DNA of 62,680 nt, the filler included, from Rhabdomonas costata (lineage: Eukaryota): the NCBI GenBank assembly GCA_019059605.1. It is 43 parts of 43 records of this genome, joined end to end, with 100 filler letters (N's around TTAATTAATTAA, not from the genome) between each part and the next. Parts side by side here need not be neighbours in the genome. Positions count along the whole stretch, not along the records: positions 1 to 1,364 come from JAHMHO010018059.1; positions 1,465 to 2,831 come from JAHMHO010018060.1; positions 2,932 to 4,298 come from JAHMHO010018061.1; positions 4,399 to 5,765 come from JAHMHO010018062.1; positions 5,866 to 7,232 come from JAHMHO010018063.1; positions 7,333 to 8,699 come from JAHMHO010018064.1; positions 8,800 to 10,165 come from JAHMHO010018065.1; positions 10,266 to 11,632 come from JAHMHO010018066.1; 35 more parts are not named here. One strand, given 5' to 3'. Position numbers and translations under genes: made by a program. Shown here one piece after another: positions 1 through 13,501 of this stretch. The notes under the pieces were generated by a model. That model was not told the origin of the DNA. It did no database searches and saw only the letters and a program-made list of their open reading frames with translations. Numbering within the stretch: position 1 is the first letter of the stretch; each line of letters starts with the position of its first letter.

Positions 1-344
1 GGGGTTGTGTCAGTTACAGCAGTTGGGGGGCGGGGCAGTAAAGGACTTTGGACGGCGACTTCAACCCTTCGAGGTCACTGGGTCATTGGAGCTGAGGCAC
101 TGTCTCACAGTCCAATCTCTCGAGAAACCCAAGGCATGTGGACACAGCAAGGAAGAATATTGCGTGATAAACCTGTCATGCCGACGACTCGTGGTCAGAG
201 CTAGAGACCTCCCCCTCTTCTAAATAATGACAAATAACGTCGCGTTCAGAGCCGTTAGACTTGCCAAAACTTACACTCTGCTGTCTCTTTTCATAAATTT
301 ATGTTTACTAAAGTTCTTTGCTAGAAGTTTTCCCGGTGTGTGAC

Positions 345-1218
<874 letters not shown>

Positions 1219-1364
1219 CTGTTCAAAAAAAAAGAGGTGAGAGTGCGTCTGCGCAGCAGGGGAGGGGGCATCTATTGTACTACACCGAACGCAACACTGC
1301 AAAGTGCTGCAAAATTGAAGCAGAAATATCGGCAGGGGGGGATACTGCAGATCACCCCCAACCC

Positions 1365-1464
1365 NNNNNNNNNNNNNNNNNNNNNNNNNNNNNNNNNNNN
1401 NNNNNNNNTTAATTAATTAANNNNNNNNNNNNNNNNNNNNNNNNNNNNNNNNNNNNNNNNNNNN
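1365..1464. other. Artificial contig linker (N44-TTAATTAATTAA-N44), first of 42 in the window
   Basis: The same 100-nt spacer with stops in all six frames recurs about every 1.47 kb; ORFs ending in X...LIN in the track are linker artefacts. Confidence 0.99.
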
Positions 1465-2985
1465 TGTGTGTGGGTTGTGAACTCGCTGGAAAGCCTGTCG
1501 ATGATCAGGCTGGAGAGGAGCACCTGCGAGCACAGCACAGAGATGTCCAGTGCTTCTAAACCAGTGCGTCGATGTGTGCAGAGCACATAGTGTGGTGGCT
1601 GATGCAGGCTGCTGTCACGGCCCTCAAACGGCCCTGTGAGCAGTGCATTTTTTGAAGGGGGGGGGGGTTAAAACGCTTAACCGTGTTAAATGGCTCAACG
1701 TTGTTAAGCGGTGTGATACGATACTGCAAGTTTTGTGTTGGGTACCTTTCCTTGGTATTTCTGGCGTGTTAGAGGACTGACTTTGGACTGATTTTGACTG
1801 GGCAATAAACGGTTCCCCGGAGATGTCACACAAAAGTGACAGCTGTGTAACACCATCCCCAAAATGCATCAGACCCCTCTGTGAGTTAGGCTGCTGCCGG
1901 GCGTGGGGAGTGACTGGTCACGACTTCATCGAATAGGGAAGACAAACATCATCTTCAAACGGTGCGCGAACCTAGCAGGAGCAATGATTTTACAAGAGTC
2001 TCCTCGCACGCCGGGACACTGGGGTAAGAGGTCACCACCACCTTGTCCCGCGGTGGACCCCACAACAGTCTGTTGTCTCTCATGCAAACTTTTTCACCTC
2101 GTTTGCATCTTATCAGCAATGCATCGTTCGAAAAGCACTACCATGTCCAGTTATCACTTAGGAAGTCCATACAGCCTCCACCTGGAATGGGTTGGTGGTG
2201 TAATGCATAGCTTGTGCAGAGCCATTTACATGGTGGGTACATCCTTCAGTGATATCACGGGCTTACATACAGTGAACAAAAACATCGCTGTCTAGGCAAC
2301 TGCAGAGCCGGAAATCATGAGACAAAAATGGCGATACACTGACTACTAATACTGAGTATGGTGAAATTTTGTTAAAAAAACTTGCAGATTTAACTGGGAC
2401 ACCGGTATATGAACATTTTGTTTTGTCGGTCATAAATGGGCACCCAAAGGGAACATGAGAGGCCAAAAGAAAATAAGAAAGAAGGAGAGAGAGACGGAGA
2501 AGGCTCGACCCTGTCCCCCAGGTCGCTCAACTCGTTGCTGCGGTACAGCTGCCACGTCAGCAGAACCGCGGTGAGGGCGACAAAAAAGCACGTGAAGATG
2601 GCCAGTAGTGTAATCGTACCCAGCAAAGTGGCATTGGAGACCGGGCCCTGGGGCTGAAAAGGAGGAGGAGGAGGGAGTTGGAGGATGGGGGTCCCCATCA
2701 CCACCATCAACACGTATGTTCAGAACCTCGGATAACTCGGACACCTTACGTGGTACCAAGGAAATGCAAATGCGGTGCAACACAAACTATCTGCACTGAG
2801 TAGACTTTTAAAGGAGGTGACAAACAACACCNNNNNNNNNNNNNNNNNNNNNNNNNNNNNNNNNNNNNNNNNNNNTTAATTAATTAANNNNNNNNNNNNN
2901 NNNNNNNNNNNNNNNNNNNNNNNNNNNNNNNGGTTAGGGGTTAGGGGCTGATGCCCCCTCCTCTGATCTTTCTGCAGACTTTTTC

Positions 2986-3520
2986 ATGACGAAACCTAAG
3001 AAGAAGAAATGGTGTTATGGCAATGTTTCCTCTTTTCCTCTTTGGGAGATGACTACTTGGCTCTTTGGTGTTCTTGGCCTCTTTTGGTATCCTGAAGGTT
3101 CCCACTGTGTGTCCTTTATGTGGTGCTGCTGTGGCTGTCAAGACCCACAGAGGAAGAGAGATGCTGCGCTGTGTGGACTCTGGCTGTGCTAAGTGGGTAT
3201 CTGCCACAGCCGGAACTGTGTTGGAGACATTCTCAATTCCGTTGAAGAAGTGGTTGCAGGTCTTTCTCTGAGCGGTGAGGTCCTCCTTTAGCTCTGTTGT
3301 TGCAGTTTCGGGTTGTGGAAAACAGACAGTGGCCAAGGTTTTCCTGCTGTTAAGGGAGTGCGCCAAGAAGTGCTGTGATGGCTATGGCTGTATTCTGGTA
3401 GGCCCTGGGTCAGTGGTTGAGGTTGATGAGACCGAGTGTAGGCAAAAGAGGAAGGGACTCCATGGCCATGCTACCTCCGTGAAGATGGATGTATGCGGCG
3501 CCGTTGACAGGTCTCTCTGA
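2986..3520 (+). mobile_element. Degenerate Merlin / IS1595(ISXO2)-like DDE transposase, N-terminal part
   Basis: Zinc ribbon CPLC...HRG...CVDSGC, an HTH-like segment (VSGCGKQTV) and the first-Asp motif GPGSVVEVDET followed by KRKG..G. Intronless, with a frameshift near 3065 and TGA stops at about 3269 and 3518. Confidence 0.8.
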
Positions 3521-4849
3521 ATGCTCTCCGATTGGATCCGTTCAGGCTCCATCGGTCCGTTGTCGCCCGCCGAAGCTCTCCTCACCAGCGCACCAGGAGT
3601 CAGCAAGTGACAGAGTACTCACGAGTGTCGTGGGCACTTCAAGCGACCCTCGGACCGTTTCCGCCTGGAGTGCCATTCCCAGCCTCATGCTGCTATGCGA
3701 GTTTAGTGTTCCTCTGTTCCTTTGCTCTGCATATGCGGCGGGTTTCTGCGGGGCGCAAGCAATTGGCCTAGACCTACTCTCCCATAAAGACCGAAGACTG
3801 TGACCACCTATATCTCTCACCTACGTTCCTGTGTTCCTTCATCCGCCCATCACCCGTACACACTGAGCTTTGCTCCTTCTCCAGCTGCCCCTTCGGAAAA
3901 TTTGTTACATGACTGCGAAAAACGGATAAAGCCGTCGAACAGAAGAAGAATTGCACATAACCCAAAAATTAAGTCTGCGACAAACCCGGAAAGTAGCTCA
4001 GCGCAGCCAGGTGCGAAACTAGCGCGTTCTCAATCACAAAGTGTGTCGCAAAGTTCGGAGTCGCGAAGGCCCGGATGACCTGCCCCTGCCCATCCGTACA
4101 CTTCAGAAGAACCTCGTTGGGCTGTCCCAGCTCCTGGTCGGGAATCTCGTACTCATACCGCGTCCCCGATACCAGGCCCTTCCGGCTGCTCGGCTCCGCC
4201 AGCCCAAGCCGCAAAAGCTCCGCCATGCTCACCCCAGGAAGCAAGTCCTCCATCAGAAGGTAGCATCCCTTATCTTCACCTTCCACCCCACCCCCACCNN
4301 NNNNNNNNNNNNNNNNNNNNNNNNNNNNNNNNNNNNNNNNNNTTAATTAATTAANNNNNNNNNNNNNNNNNNNNNNNNNNNNNNNNNNNNNNNNNNNNCT
4401 GTTGGAGTGCATATGCCTCCTCTCCTCCCTCCCTCTTCTCCTTCTCTATGCTTGCTTCCCCTCCACTGCTGATTTCGGACAGTGTTCATGATTATAACGG
4501 ACAGAACGAAAATAGAAATCAGCAGTGGAGGGGAAGCAAGCATAGAGAAGGAGAAGAGGGAGGGAGGAGAGGATGCATATGCACTCCAACAGACAAATAG
4601 CGTCGGATTCTACCAATATCACGGGAAGGGTATCAAATCACTACGCCCTTGAAGTTGCTCCGGTCCTCTCTATTTCTGTCTGCCTCTCGCGGACTGTCCT
4701 TGTCGGACACGGGAGGCACCTGCAAGACGCACATTACGAAGCGCATCACGGCCCACGTCGGGGTAATCCCGCCCACCATCATGAGGGTCTCCTCTGACAG
4801 TGCCGGGCACTGCCCCAACCCGCCCTGGCCTACCCACAGCACTACAGCC

Positions 4850-5589
4850 TCGGCGGCCTGCCGTACGTTGGCCACGCAGCTCGGGGTCCGGACCAGCCGC
4901 CCCCCGACAAAGAACAGCGCGCTGCCCAGCAGCTGAAGCACCCGTGTCAGCTGCAGGGTGGCTTTCACCCGACCCTCTATGCAAACAAGAGAATGCGGTG
5001 GGTTCATGAAATACGGCCCAAAAGGGAACTGCAGGAATTCTGCACCTTCGTGCACCATTTTTTGTAGGAGTCAGCTATGTCCAGCTCTAAAGAAGCCGAA
5101 CTCACCGAGGAACATTTCGCTCAATTTCCTTTCGTCAGCATCAACCGGGGAGTCCACCGAGGACCAGGAAGCCAGCACTCAAGTACACAGGAATAGAAGA
5201 GAGAGTCCACGCAGACGACGGAAAGGCTAGGCCCGGGACACCATACTTTGCACATCACACAAACATCGGCAGCAGACACGCCCTTCGCCCATCACAAATC
5301 ACACACAGGACACACTCAGCTCATGCAAACACACAAATTTGCAGTGAAGTCCCCCCAGGCAGTCCGAAAACACAACCTTCGTCGGTGACAGGGCCAGAGC
5401 AGCGCTGCAGCACAGCGGAGATCTCCTGAGCCAGCACGGGCCACACCGGCTCAAACTTCTCCGAATCCAACGTATCGCAGAGAAGGGCAAAGCACTGCCT
5501 CACCGCGAAGTATGTTCCACAGCTCTCTGCACAAGCCACGGCAGAAGAAGTCCACCACTGCTGCACAAACTGCTGGAGGTGCGTGTGAG
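4850..5589 (-). CDS. Helical-repeat (HEAT/ARM-like, possibly UTP20-like) protein exons: 5377-5589 and one starting at 4950
   Basis: AG/GT-bounded exon encoding ...FALLCDTLDSEKFEPVWPVLAQEISAVL...; downstream LTRVLQLLGSALFFVGGRLV. The family is a guess and the phase between the two exons was not resolved. Confidence 0.35.
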
Positions 5590-7332
5590 CTTGGGGCAGA
5601 AGGAGGGGGAAGGGGGAAGGACCTGATTCCATGTCTCACGAAACCAGAAAAAACCCGCCCCCTCCAAAAAAAAACATTCAGATCGGTGTAAAAACCTTTT
5701 CGGCACCCCCAACCTCGGAAAGATAGAATTGGGTCGACTTTTTTCAATCCGGATGCCCCCACAAANNNNNNNNNNNNNNNNNNNNNNNNNNNNNNNNNNN
5801 NNNNNNNNNTTAATTAATTAANNNNNNNNNNNNNNNNNNNNNNNNNNNNNNNNNNNNNNNNNNNNTGTATTGGGTGAGTTTGGGGTGTGTTGTTCAATTT
5901 CTATGTATACCATGGGTAGTTAAAACCAGGCGCATACCTGGAAATATTGATATATTGATTGATATATCATAAATATTGATATATTCCTCCGTTCTGTGTC
6001 GGAGCTGGGATGGTTTGATGCAGAACTATCTGATCTCATGTGCTGTTTTTTGCGTGGGCCCAGGCGTTTGTGCGTTAGGAAGGCGGCAAGGCCCGCCGTT
6101 GAAAACGCCTATCACATAAAATTCGACGTTGCCGGAAAGGGCAAAAATGCAACAGTCGATGCCGGCTGCATGGCGACAAATGGACCAAACCTGCCCGTTT
6201 GAAAGCTCGCACATCATCTTCGATGCACGCAGAAAGCCTATCAGTATCACGAAGCCACTGCGCAAGGGCTGGCGTCGGGATCATCACCCGGGGAAGGAGA
6301 CAAAGAAATGGGTTCTTTCTTAGCCTCCGTTGGTCTATTTCTCCATATGCTGTTTGCGCTTCCCCTTCTCTTACAGATCCCTATATGTCCGGGAAGTTTT
6401 TGGACTGCTGGAACTTTGCCATGGATGCCATCTTGACCTCGACGGAACCTTTCTTCATGGTCAACGTTAAGCCTTGATATGTGCCAAAGCCTGGAATAGA
6501 TACCCCGTTTTTGGGTCGTCCAGCTCGCAGGAGATTTGCAAGGCTGCTGCATGATTCTTAGAGTTGTTTTGGAACCGAAAAGCTCCACATAACGAGGGTC
6601 GTCCGTTCCATTACAACAGTGTTTTTAAACATGTGGGGTAAATCGGTTGTACGGAGTTGTTTAAAAAAGTGACTGTTAATGCTTCGCTCCCATTCTTGAA
6701 TAGCAAACAACACCCCAAAAGTAACAGAGCTTCAATGCGTTTCATGAGATACTTATATCACCAGTTTTAGCACCAAACTATCCTAATTTATACGGAAGAT
6801 TTTGAAGGCGCAACATGATAACTGTGAAGCTTCTTACGGTTGCCTAAAGGAAAAGGGGATTGTGTGTGCGTGTGTGTCTGTGTGTGTGTGTGTGTGCGCG
6901 CGCGCGTGATTGAGTGAATGAGGGCAAGACCCACGGACGCACAGACAGAACAACCCAATCACGCTGAAAGCGGAAATCGCAAGAGCCGCGCGATTCTATG
7001 CGCAGCAGTGCTGGAAAACAAAAGCCGTCCGCGCCACAACCCGAGCCTCACTTCCAGCACACCGCCGGGGACCAAATAACCAAATCTGGATCAGGAACCC
7101 CGATACGCTGACACAGTTTGCTCAAAGAGACCTTGCCGGAACGGCCCCTGCGGCGGCTTCCTAACAAAGTACCCGCGGACCCGCTGTTCCCGCGCATGAT
7201 CTTTCTTCTGCGGAACCGCCGCAAAACCCCCCNNNNNNNNNNNNNNNNNNNNNNNNNNNNNNNNNNNNNNNNNNNNTTAATTAATTAANNNNNNNNNNNN
7301 NNNNNNNNNNNNNNNNNNNNNNNNNNNNNNNN

Positions 7333-8623
7333 CCGGGGGTACGCTGAAAGGCCTCTGCGAAGCGAAACTTCGAAAACAGAGGAAATAGCAGCTCGTCCTC
7401 CTCCCGACATTCCGATAGCTCCTGCAGAGGAGCACCCCTTGAGTTGCTGATCATAAAAACCGTCGCCAGAGCTCCGTGAATGAGCTCATACCTGAGAAGG
7501 GAGCACGCTTGGAGTGCCAACAGGCGTTTCCGCAGCGTATAATTACTTCAGTGCGCATAAGTGCGCAGAGTTGTCAATATCTTCTCTTGATGGGATGTTA
7601 GAAAATCTCATAATGATGGTCCTGCCACCGCAAGGGATTGAATGCCGCTGTCCGGAGAGCGTTCCGCGCCTTACCGGAAGTCAAATGGAAATAGTACAGG
7701 AAATGCTACTTCCAAGGAAGTGTACACCGGTCAGGTTGAGTAAATTGTTTTTGCTGCGCGTTGGGTAAACTGCGTCAACTGCTCATAAATAATTGTACGA
7801 TTCTTGAAATAAAGCGCGATTCTCAATATAAACGCAAAAATGGAGGTCGAACAAAAAATCCAGAAACACACCGCTGCCCAGACAGCCTATGCACCAACCA
7901 ACGCTTCCCGCTGCCGTCGGAGGCAGCGTCGTACGGAACTCCCGGAAGGCTAATTGGCAGACTTCCGTCCCAGCTATCCAAACAGCGAGTGATCTTTTTC
8001 TTGATTTCCACATCCGGCGTTAAGGAGATGACCCAAGGATAGCACTTCTCATGTACGAATACCCACCTCTTTTTCTGTAATTCAGAGTTCCACAAAATGT
8101 TCTCCACCCGAGAAGAAACCTTGAATTCGTAACTTGTCATCACGGCACCCGGGCGAAAGTGTTGATTAAGGTTGTAGTTCTCGAAATCCGGAAATATCCA
8201 GGACACACAGCGTTGGCTGTCAATTCCCTGCTTCTCGAACTCCGTGGGAAGATTCTCCAGTGCCCACATAAGAAGCACAACTGCGGCCATGCATCTGTCC
8301 AGCTGTGGCGTGCTGCTCCGCTGTTCCTTGGCCTCCCTCAAGGCTGAGTTGATCACCACGTTCGGTGCAACAAAAGGCGACTTGGGTCCCTCCCCGCTGG
8401 TCCACCACCGACAAGTGGCCACAGATAAAATGTGGGCCCTGCAGTGGGATGGATATCTTCTGCGGGCATATGCGAGGCATTGCTCGGCCTTCGCTGTTGC
8501 CTGGCAGGTTGCATCGCTGATGTTCTTTGCAGCCTTCATCAGAGGGTCGTGGTGGCACAAGATGGAACGATGCTCTCGGAATAAAGCAATCAGCTTCTTC
8601 TCCCATTCGTGATCTTCGAGCAC
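7333..8623 (-). CDS. Mono-ADP-ribosyltransferase of the R-S-E (ARTC / cholera-toxin-like) class; exons 8067-~8623 and 7333-7491
   Basis: WT...VINSALRE...LMWALENLP...QRCV (R)...FRPGAVMTSYEFKVSS (STS-like), spliced AG|GTGGGT...CAG|G to YELIHGALATVFMISNSRGAPLQELSECREEDELLFPLFSKFRF (E-x-E). This is the motif order of ART domains. Confidence 0.75.
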
Positions 8624-9076
8624 GCCCCGACAGAAGCAATGAGGGGAAGGATCTGATTGCTTTATGCCGAGAGCATCGTTCCATCTTGTACCACCACAAN
8701 NNNNNNNNNNNNNNNNNNNNNNNNNNNNNNNNNNNNNNNNNNNTTAATTAATTAANNNNNNNNNNNNNNNNNNNNNNNNNNNNNNNNNNNNNNNNNNNNC
8801 GTGACGACTACCGCAGAAGCGATGGACAAAAGACTAAATATTTAACTGGCACAGCCTCACAGATCAAGAGAGGGAAGGTGTGTGTGCGTGTGCGCGCGCA
8901 CGCCCAAACATTCAGAGGAAGACGCTTCCATTGCTGCTGCCCTGTCATTGATGAGCCTGGCCTGGAGTGATCGCTACTGTCTATGCGGAACACTGAAACT
9001 GACATCAATTGCTCGTTAGGGGAAGTTAAGCGCCACAAATCAAGGTGCGGGACATCCTCACAAACATAGAGCGTAC

Positions 9077-10165
9077 TGTTCTGAATCAGCAGCACGGCAG
9101 CGTCGAAGTGGCCGTTCTGAACTGCCGCGTACAGCATGCTCGTGCCATTGCTCGTACTGCCTAGGTTGACATTCGCTCCTAAACGAAAGGTTCGTTCGTA
9201 CAAGGCAAGACTCCATAAAGAAAATTACGCCTAACCTTTCCCCCAAAAATGAAGGGAATACTTTTCCAGGTATAACCGGGGAAGCAAGCAAAAGGTGTAA
9301 AAGAGGCGATAATATTCGTCCGGAACTGAAGCGGCTCTCTTTCTATTTAGTCTGATTTGATTTAGGCTAAGAAAAAAGTCCACGATTTTGGACAGCAAAG
9401 TGTCAACATCACACCGAAAGCTCGCATAATGTAATGTTTTTGGTCAGCATTGAATGGGCCGGTTCGGTCTCGGGAAGAAGTGCTGCGTCCACTTCAGACT
9501 TCAGATGGGTTGAGTGGTGCAGCAATGTTAATGTGCGGAAAGAGAAGACGGAGCATAGATAGCAGGCCGAGGTGTGGTGCTGGAAAGGTCTGTGCGTCAG
9601 GATCAAGCACTGAGGTTTTTAAGCAGATTGTCCAAAAGACAACAATGAGCACAGTGTAAGTAAAGTGAACTAACCAAAAGCAAATTTGCCTATCGCATCC
9701 ACAGCGCCAGCAGAGGCAGACCAGACGAAGAAAAAAGGATAAACTGGGGCACAGCCGAGCAGATACCCTGACACACTACATTGCAGCTGAGGGGAAGTGC
9801 ATACAACGGAAAAGGAATCCTCTCAAAACTAAGGATAGAAATGCAGCTGCAAACACACAGGCACAAGCTGCCCATGCACCATTTTGGCTATAAAAAAGGG
9901 CTCATTTTCGACTCAAAACCATTAAACTGAGAAAGATTGTATCGTTAAACTTACTGCATCGTGGACATTTGCATTGTGTGCGCCAGAGAAACACAAAAAC
10001 ACAACAACAAAAACACACACGAGAATTTCTCAATTGCAGCAGAAATTTCTTCTTCAGGAACTACTGCAGTTGGGCCACGCACACTGATCCACTGCATTCT
10101 CACGACAGGCATCCACCCGTACCGTTCTGGAGGAGCAGCACGGCGACCTTCATGTGGCCGTTTTG
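9077..10165 (-). CDS. Ankyrin-repeat protein, exons 10123-10165 and 9077-9178
   Basis: QNGHMKVAVLLLQN^GANVNLGSTSNGTSMLYAAVQNGHFDAAVLLIQN; the 102-nt phase-1 exon equals one ANK repeat; donors GTACGG and GTACGC. Confidence 0.85.
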
Positions 10166-10503
10166 NNNNNNNNNNNNNNNNNNNNNNNNNNNNNNNNNNN
10201 NNNNNNNNNTTAATTAATTAANNNNNNNNNNNNNNNNNNNNNNNNNNNNNNNNNNNNNNNNNNNNTGTGTTGGGTAATCATAACTGAGGTGTCCAAAAAA
10301 AAGGTTCAAAAAAGACGGCTGACACAACAATCACTGCCACTGGTGTCCTTTCGAGACGTGCTCTTTTTCAGCCTCTTTTTCATGCAAAATTTCAGAAGGT
10401 TGCAGCGTGCTTCAGTTCACTGACAACTGACAACTGACAACTACCACAGGGAACCTTTGCCAACAAGCCAACCAACATGCCGAAAAGAAAACCGCCGGCA
10501 TAC

Positions 10504-10682
10504 CAGCACCCGAACCGGATGTCGTCGATGATCTTCGGGTCAAACTTCGCCCGCTTCACCAGCTCCTTCAGAACCGTCGCACCAAGCACATGGGAGCGAA
10601 CGTCCTTCAGGGAGCCCCCGAAGCTCCCAATTGGCGTACGGCAAGCGGCGACCACCACGACTTCCCGGAGCTTCTGAGCCAT
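10504..10682 (-). CDS. Acetyl-CoA acyltransferase (thiolase), first coding exon
   Basis: MAQKLREVVVVAACRTPIGSFGGSLKDVRSHVLGATVLKELVKRAKFDPKIIDDIRFGC is a typical thiolase N-terminus (RTPIGxFGG); donor GTATGC. Confidence 0.93.
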
Positions 10683-12706
10683 TGGGGTTGTTTTTATTTT
10701 TGTTGGGTTGACTGCCTTTCCCTTACCACAGAAAAACCGGTCTGCCTCTTTGCAGAAGCAAATGAGACAACAAGGGAGCTCTGAGCGTGCAGGCGCGGTC
10801 TCATCCCTCTTAGTCGCCACAATAACTAATCCCGTCGAGTCTTCTGAACGTGTTGTTACACACTTCGCTCCAGATATGCCGACAGCATAGCAGAAAAAGC
10901 AACCAAAACAAAAAACCCGCCGACTTCTCACCGTTCTCGCTCTCACGCAGCACTTAATATCATTTCTTGCGGACGGCTCCGGATGGACGGGTAAGCACAC
11001 TATGGCTCGTTCTCGACTGAAGTGAGAGCCCGCAACGAATCGCCACCACAAGAAAAATCCGGAGTATACAGTTTGTGAGCGGCATGGTGTGCTGGAGCAA
11101 GAGAGAGCAGATACTTAGGCCCACCCCCGCCCTCGCCAGCCCAAAGCCCATATGCAGTATTGTCCGCTTATCCTCAAGACAAAAAGGAGAAGGGGAAACC
11201 TTTGGCTGGTAACGGGCATGGCAGGGAACAGGGGGAGCAGACAGCAGAGAGCAGACAGAGGAGCACGGAGAGACAAAATGAGAGCAGAGGCGCGGGCGAG
11301 GCGCAACTGACCTGTCGGGGTAAGACCATAGTGAGGACGGAAGCTGAGTTCAACTCTGACCGTGAAGAGTTTGGTCCTTGCTTAGCTTTCAGTTAGAAAA
11401 CCGGTGAAATGTTGTGCACAAAGTCAAGTTGGCATTTTGAGTTCTTCGGGGCTCGAAGTAAGCGTGGGGTTGGGTTCCCGATTGAGTAAAAGGAAAACAA
11501 AAATCTGAAATGTATCCCGACGAGGTTTGGCTAAAACGCAAAGCTTTCCAAAGCGCCTCCCCTAAGGGCAGCCGCGCCTGAAGAAAAGTGGGATATGGTA
11601 ATCGGGGGATGCGGAGAGGTAGACAACAAAACNNNNNNNNNNNNNNNNNNNNNNNNNNNNNNNNNNNNNNNNNNNNTTAATTAATTAANNNNNNNNNNNN
11701 NNNNNNNNNNNNNNNNNNNNNNNNNNNNNNNNAGCGCCGAAGGGGAGGACGAGGATCCTGGAGGTCGTTTGAGCCGTCAAGAAAGAACAGACCCGCCCGG
11801 GAGAGTAACTGCGGACCCATCAAGGGGAGTGCCGCGAGCCCGACTCCCATCAGGGGAGTCGGCGTGAAAGCAGTGCGGGGTCAGCACGCCCCTGATGAAG
11901 AGTAGAGTCACAGTCCGATCCCCCGGAAACGGAGTTCACCGCAGAGCGAGCTAAACGAGCAGATCCCGGCCCAGTGCCTCAACACACACATACACATACA
12001 CACACTCACTTACTCACTCACTCACTCACACTTACAAGCACACTCACCCCCCCCCCAAAAAAAAACTTTCGATCGATTTCCATTCCTTTCAATGTCGCCT
12101 CCACTTGGGTTGGTCCTGGAGTCCATTGTTAGTATCCATTGTCATCCGCACAATTCATGTATGTCTTGGAGGTTGTTCTGTGGACTTGGACATGACGTTT
12201 GAAAAGCTTCAAAACAAATTTGTCAGCGCACGGAAGGAAAATGAAGGAAAGAACAAGCTCCGAGAAGCAAAGGGGTTTCTTTCAACTGTAAAAGAAAACA
12301 GAACTCTCATGAAGCAGAATTGGTATTGAAAAAGAAGGTCAGGGTACTGCCCTTCTCTGACTGCAATTCTTAGCCGCTTATGCTCCCTTTGTGTATCTTG
12401 GGTTGAGTTTCGTTGCAGGGTACCCCCAGGCTCCTTCTCGGCCAAAATTGCCCTCGCTGGACGTTGAGTTCTGTGGGGTTCCTCTTCCCAACCACGGCAG
12501 GAGCGAGTATGATTGCAATAAGACGAACACCGGAATAGAGAACAGCTGATGATAGCTGACGAATTATGATGAAAAGATCATTGACGGCCTCCGTCTCGGT
12601 CTCGGTAACTGCACGGAGAGGAGACAGACAAGCATGGCAGCCCCACACGGGAACTGGAGTGAACGTTGGTGGTACACAGTGAAGAAGCAAGGTCACAAAA
12701 GAGAAC

Positions 12707-12825
12707 CGCTTCACCGCCGCGGAACAGTGGTCGCAGGTCTGCCTGAGCTCCAGGCACTCCCCGCGATGCTGCTCGAGGTCCGCCCGCAGGAGCTTCCGTT
12801 TGCAGAACAGGCAGGAGGTCAGGCC
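12707..12825 (-). CDS. TRAF-type zinc-finger exon
   Basis: CLFCKRKLLRADLEQHRGECLELRQTCDHC (C-x2-C...H-x3-C, then the next CxxC), bounded by CAG| and |GT. Confidence 0.65.
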
Positions 12826-13501
12826 CTGAGGTTCCCCAGGGAAGAGCAAATGTGAACGGAAGACAGCAAAGAATCGGGAATGAAAAGAAACGGGAAAAAC
12901 TGCGGTTGTCATTGCGTTGACCAGAAGGGAAGCCCGCTACGATAAGGATCCATTTTCAATCGTTCGCCGTGGGTTTGTAAACTAAACCGACGGAAATCGC
13001 TATTTTGGTACTGAAAGAGCCAATGACAAAACATCCTTTTGTGAGGTGTGATTCTCGTTGAACGAGCAATACGCTGAGTGAGCGAGCCACCAAACCCCCN
13101 NNNNNNNNNNNNNNNNNNNNNNNNNNNNNNNNNNNNNNNNNNNTTAATTAATTAANNNNNNNNNNNNNNNNNNNNNNNNNNNNNNNNNNNNNNNNNNNNG
13201 GTGGTGTGGAAATATAATCCATGGGGCGCAGGTGACATCTGCGGGAAGACCCTGAGAACTCAGCGGAGTGCAGGGGACTACGTTTTGCGTCGAGGCAGGG
13301 ACAGGATGCCCCAGAGGGATGCAGCAGAGAGGGACAAGGGAAAGAAGGAAAAATGGGTCTTGCAGCGGGACAGTGCTCCAACCTTGCTCTGGCGACTCGA
13401 TGGAGCTGTGTGTTCGTGAGTCCCTGTCAGTTGCTGATGATCTCGTGAGAATTGGGTACTGGATTGTCACCTGCCCTTCTGTTCTGTCACTTCTTCCTAA
13501 G

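Noticed and set aside
1389-1400. Regularly spaced TTAATTAATTAA as a CRISPR-like or periodic repeat
   Set aside because: Artificial six-frame-stop linker embedded in N runs
2932-2947. GGTTAGGGGTTAGGGG and other G/T-rich contig starts as telomeres of nanochromosomes
   Set aside because: No consistent repeat unit between contigs, genes are truncated at the ends, and the uniform length reflects size sorting
4399-4591. Long near-perfect inverted repeats at contig ends (also ~8548-8697, 24936-25008, 29348-29481, 30428-30690, 32270-32630, 45201-45391) as MITEs, hairpin telomeres or miRNA-like hairpins
   Set aside because: One arm always touches a contig end, and at 24932 and 29330 the inverted copy replaces the upstream part of a conserved exon, which indicates amplification fold-back chimeras
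11892-11945. CTGATGA...GAAAC as a hammerhead ribozyme
   Set aside because: No stem II pairing and no UH cleavage triplet after the putative stem III
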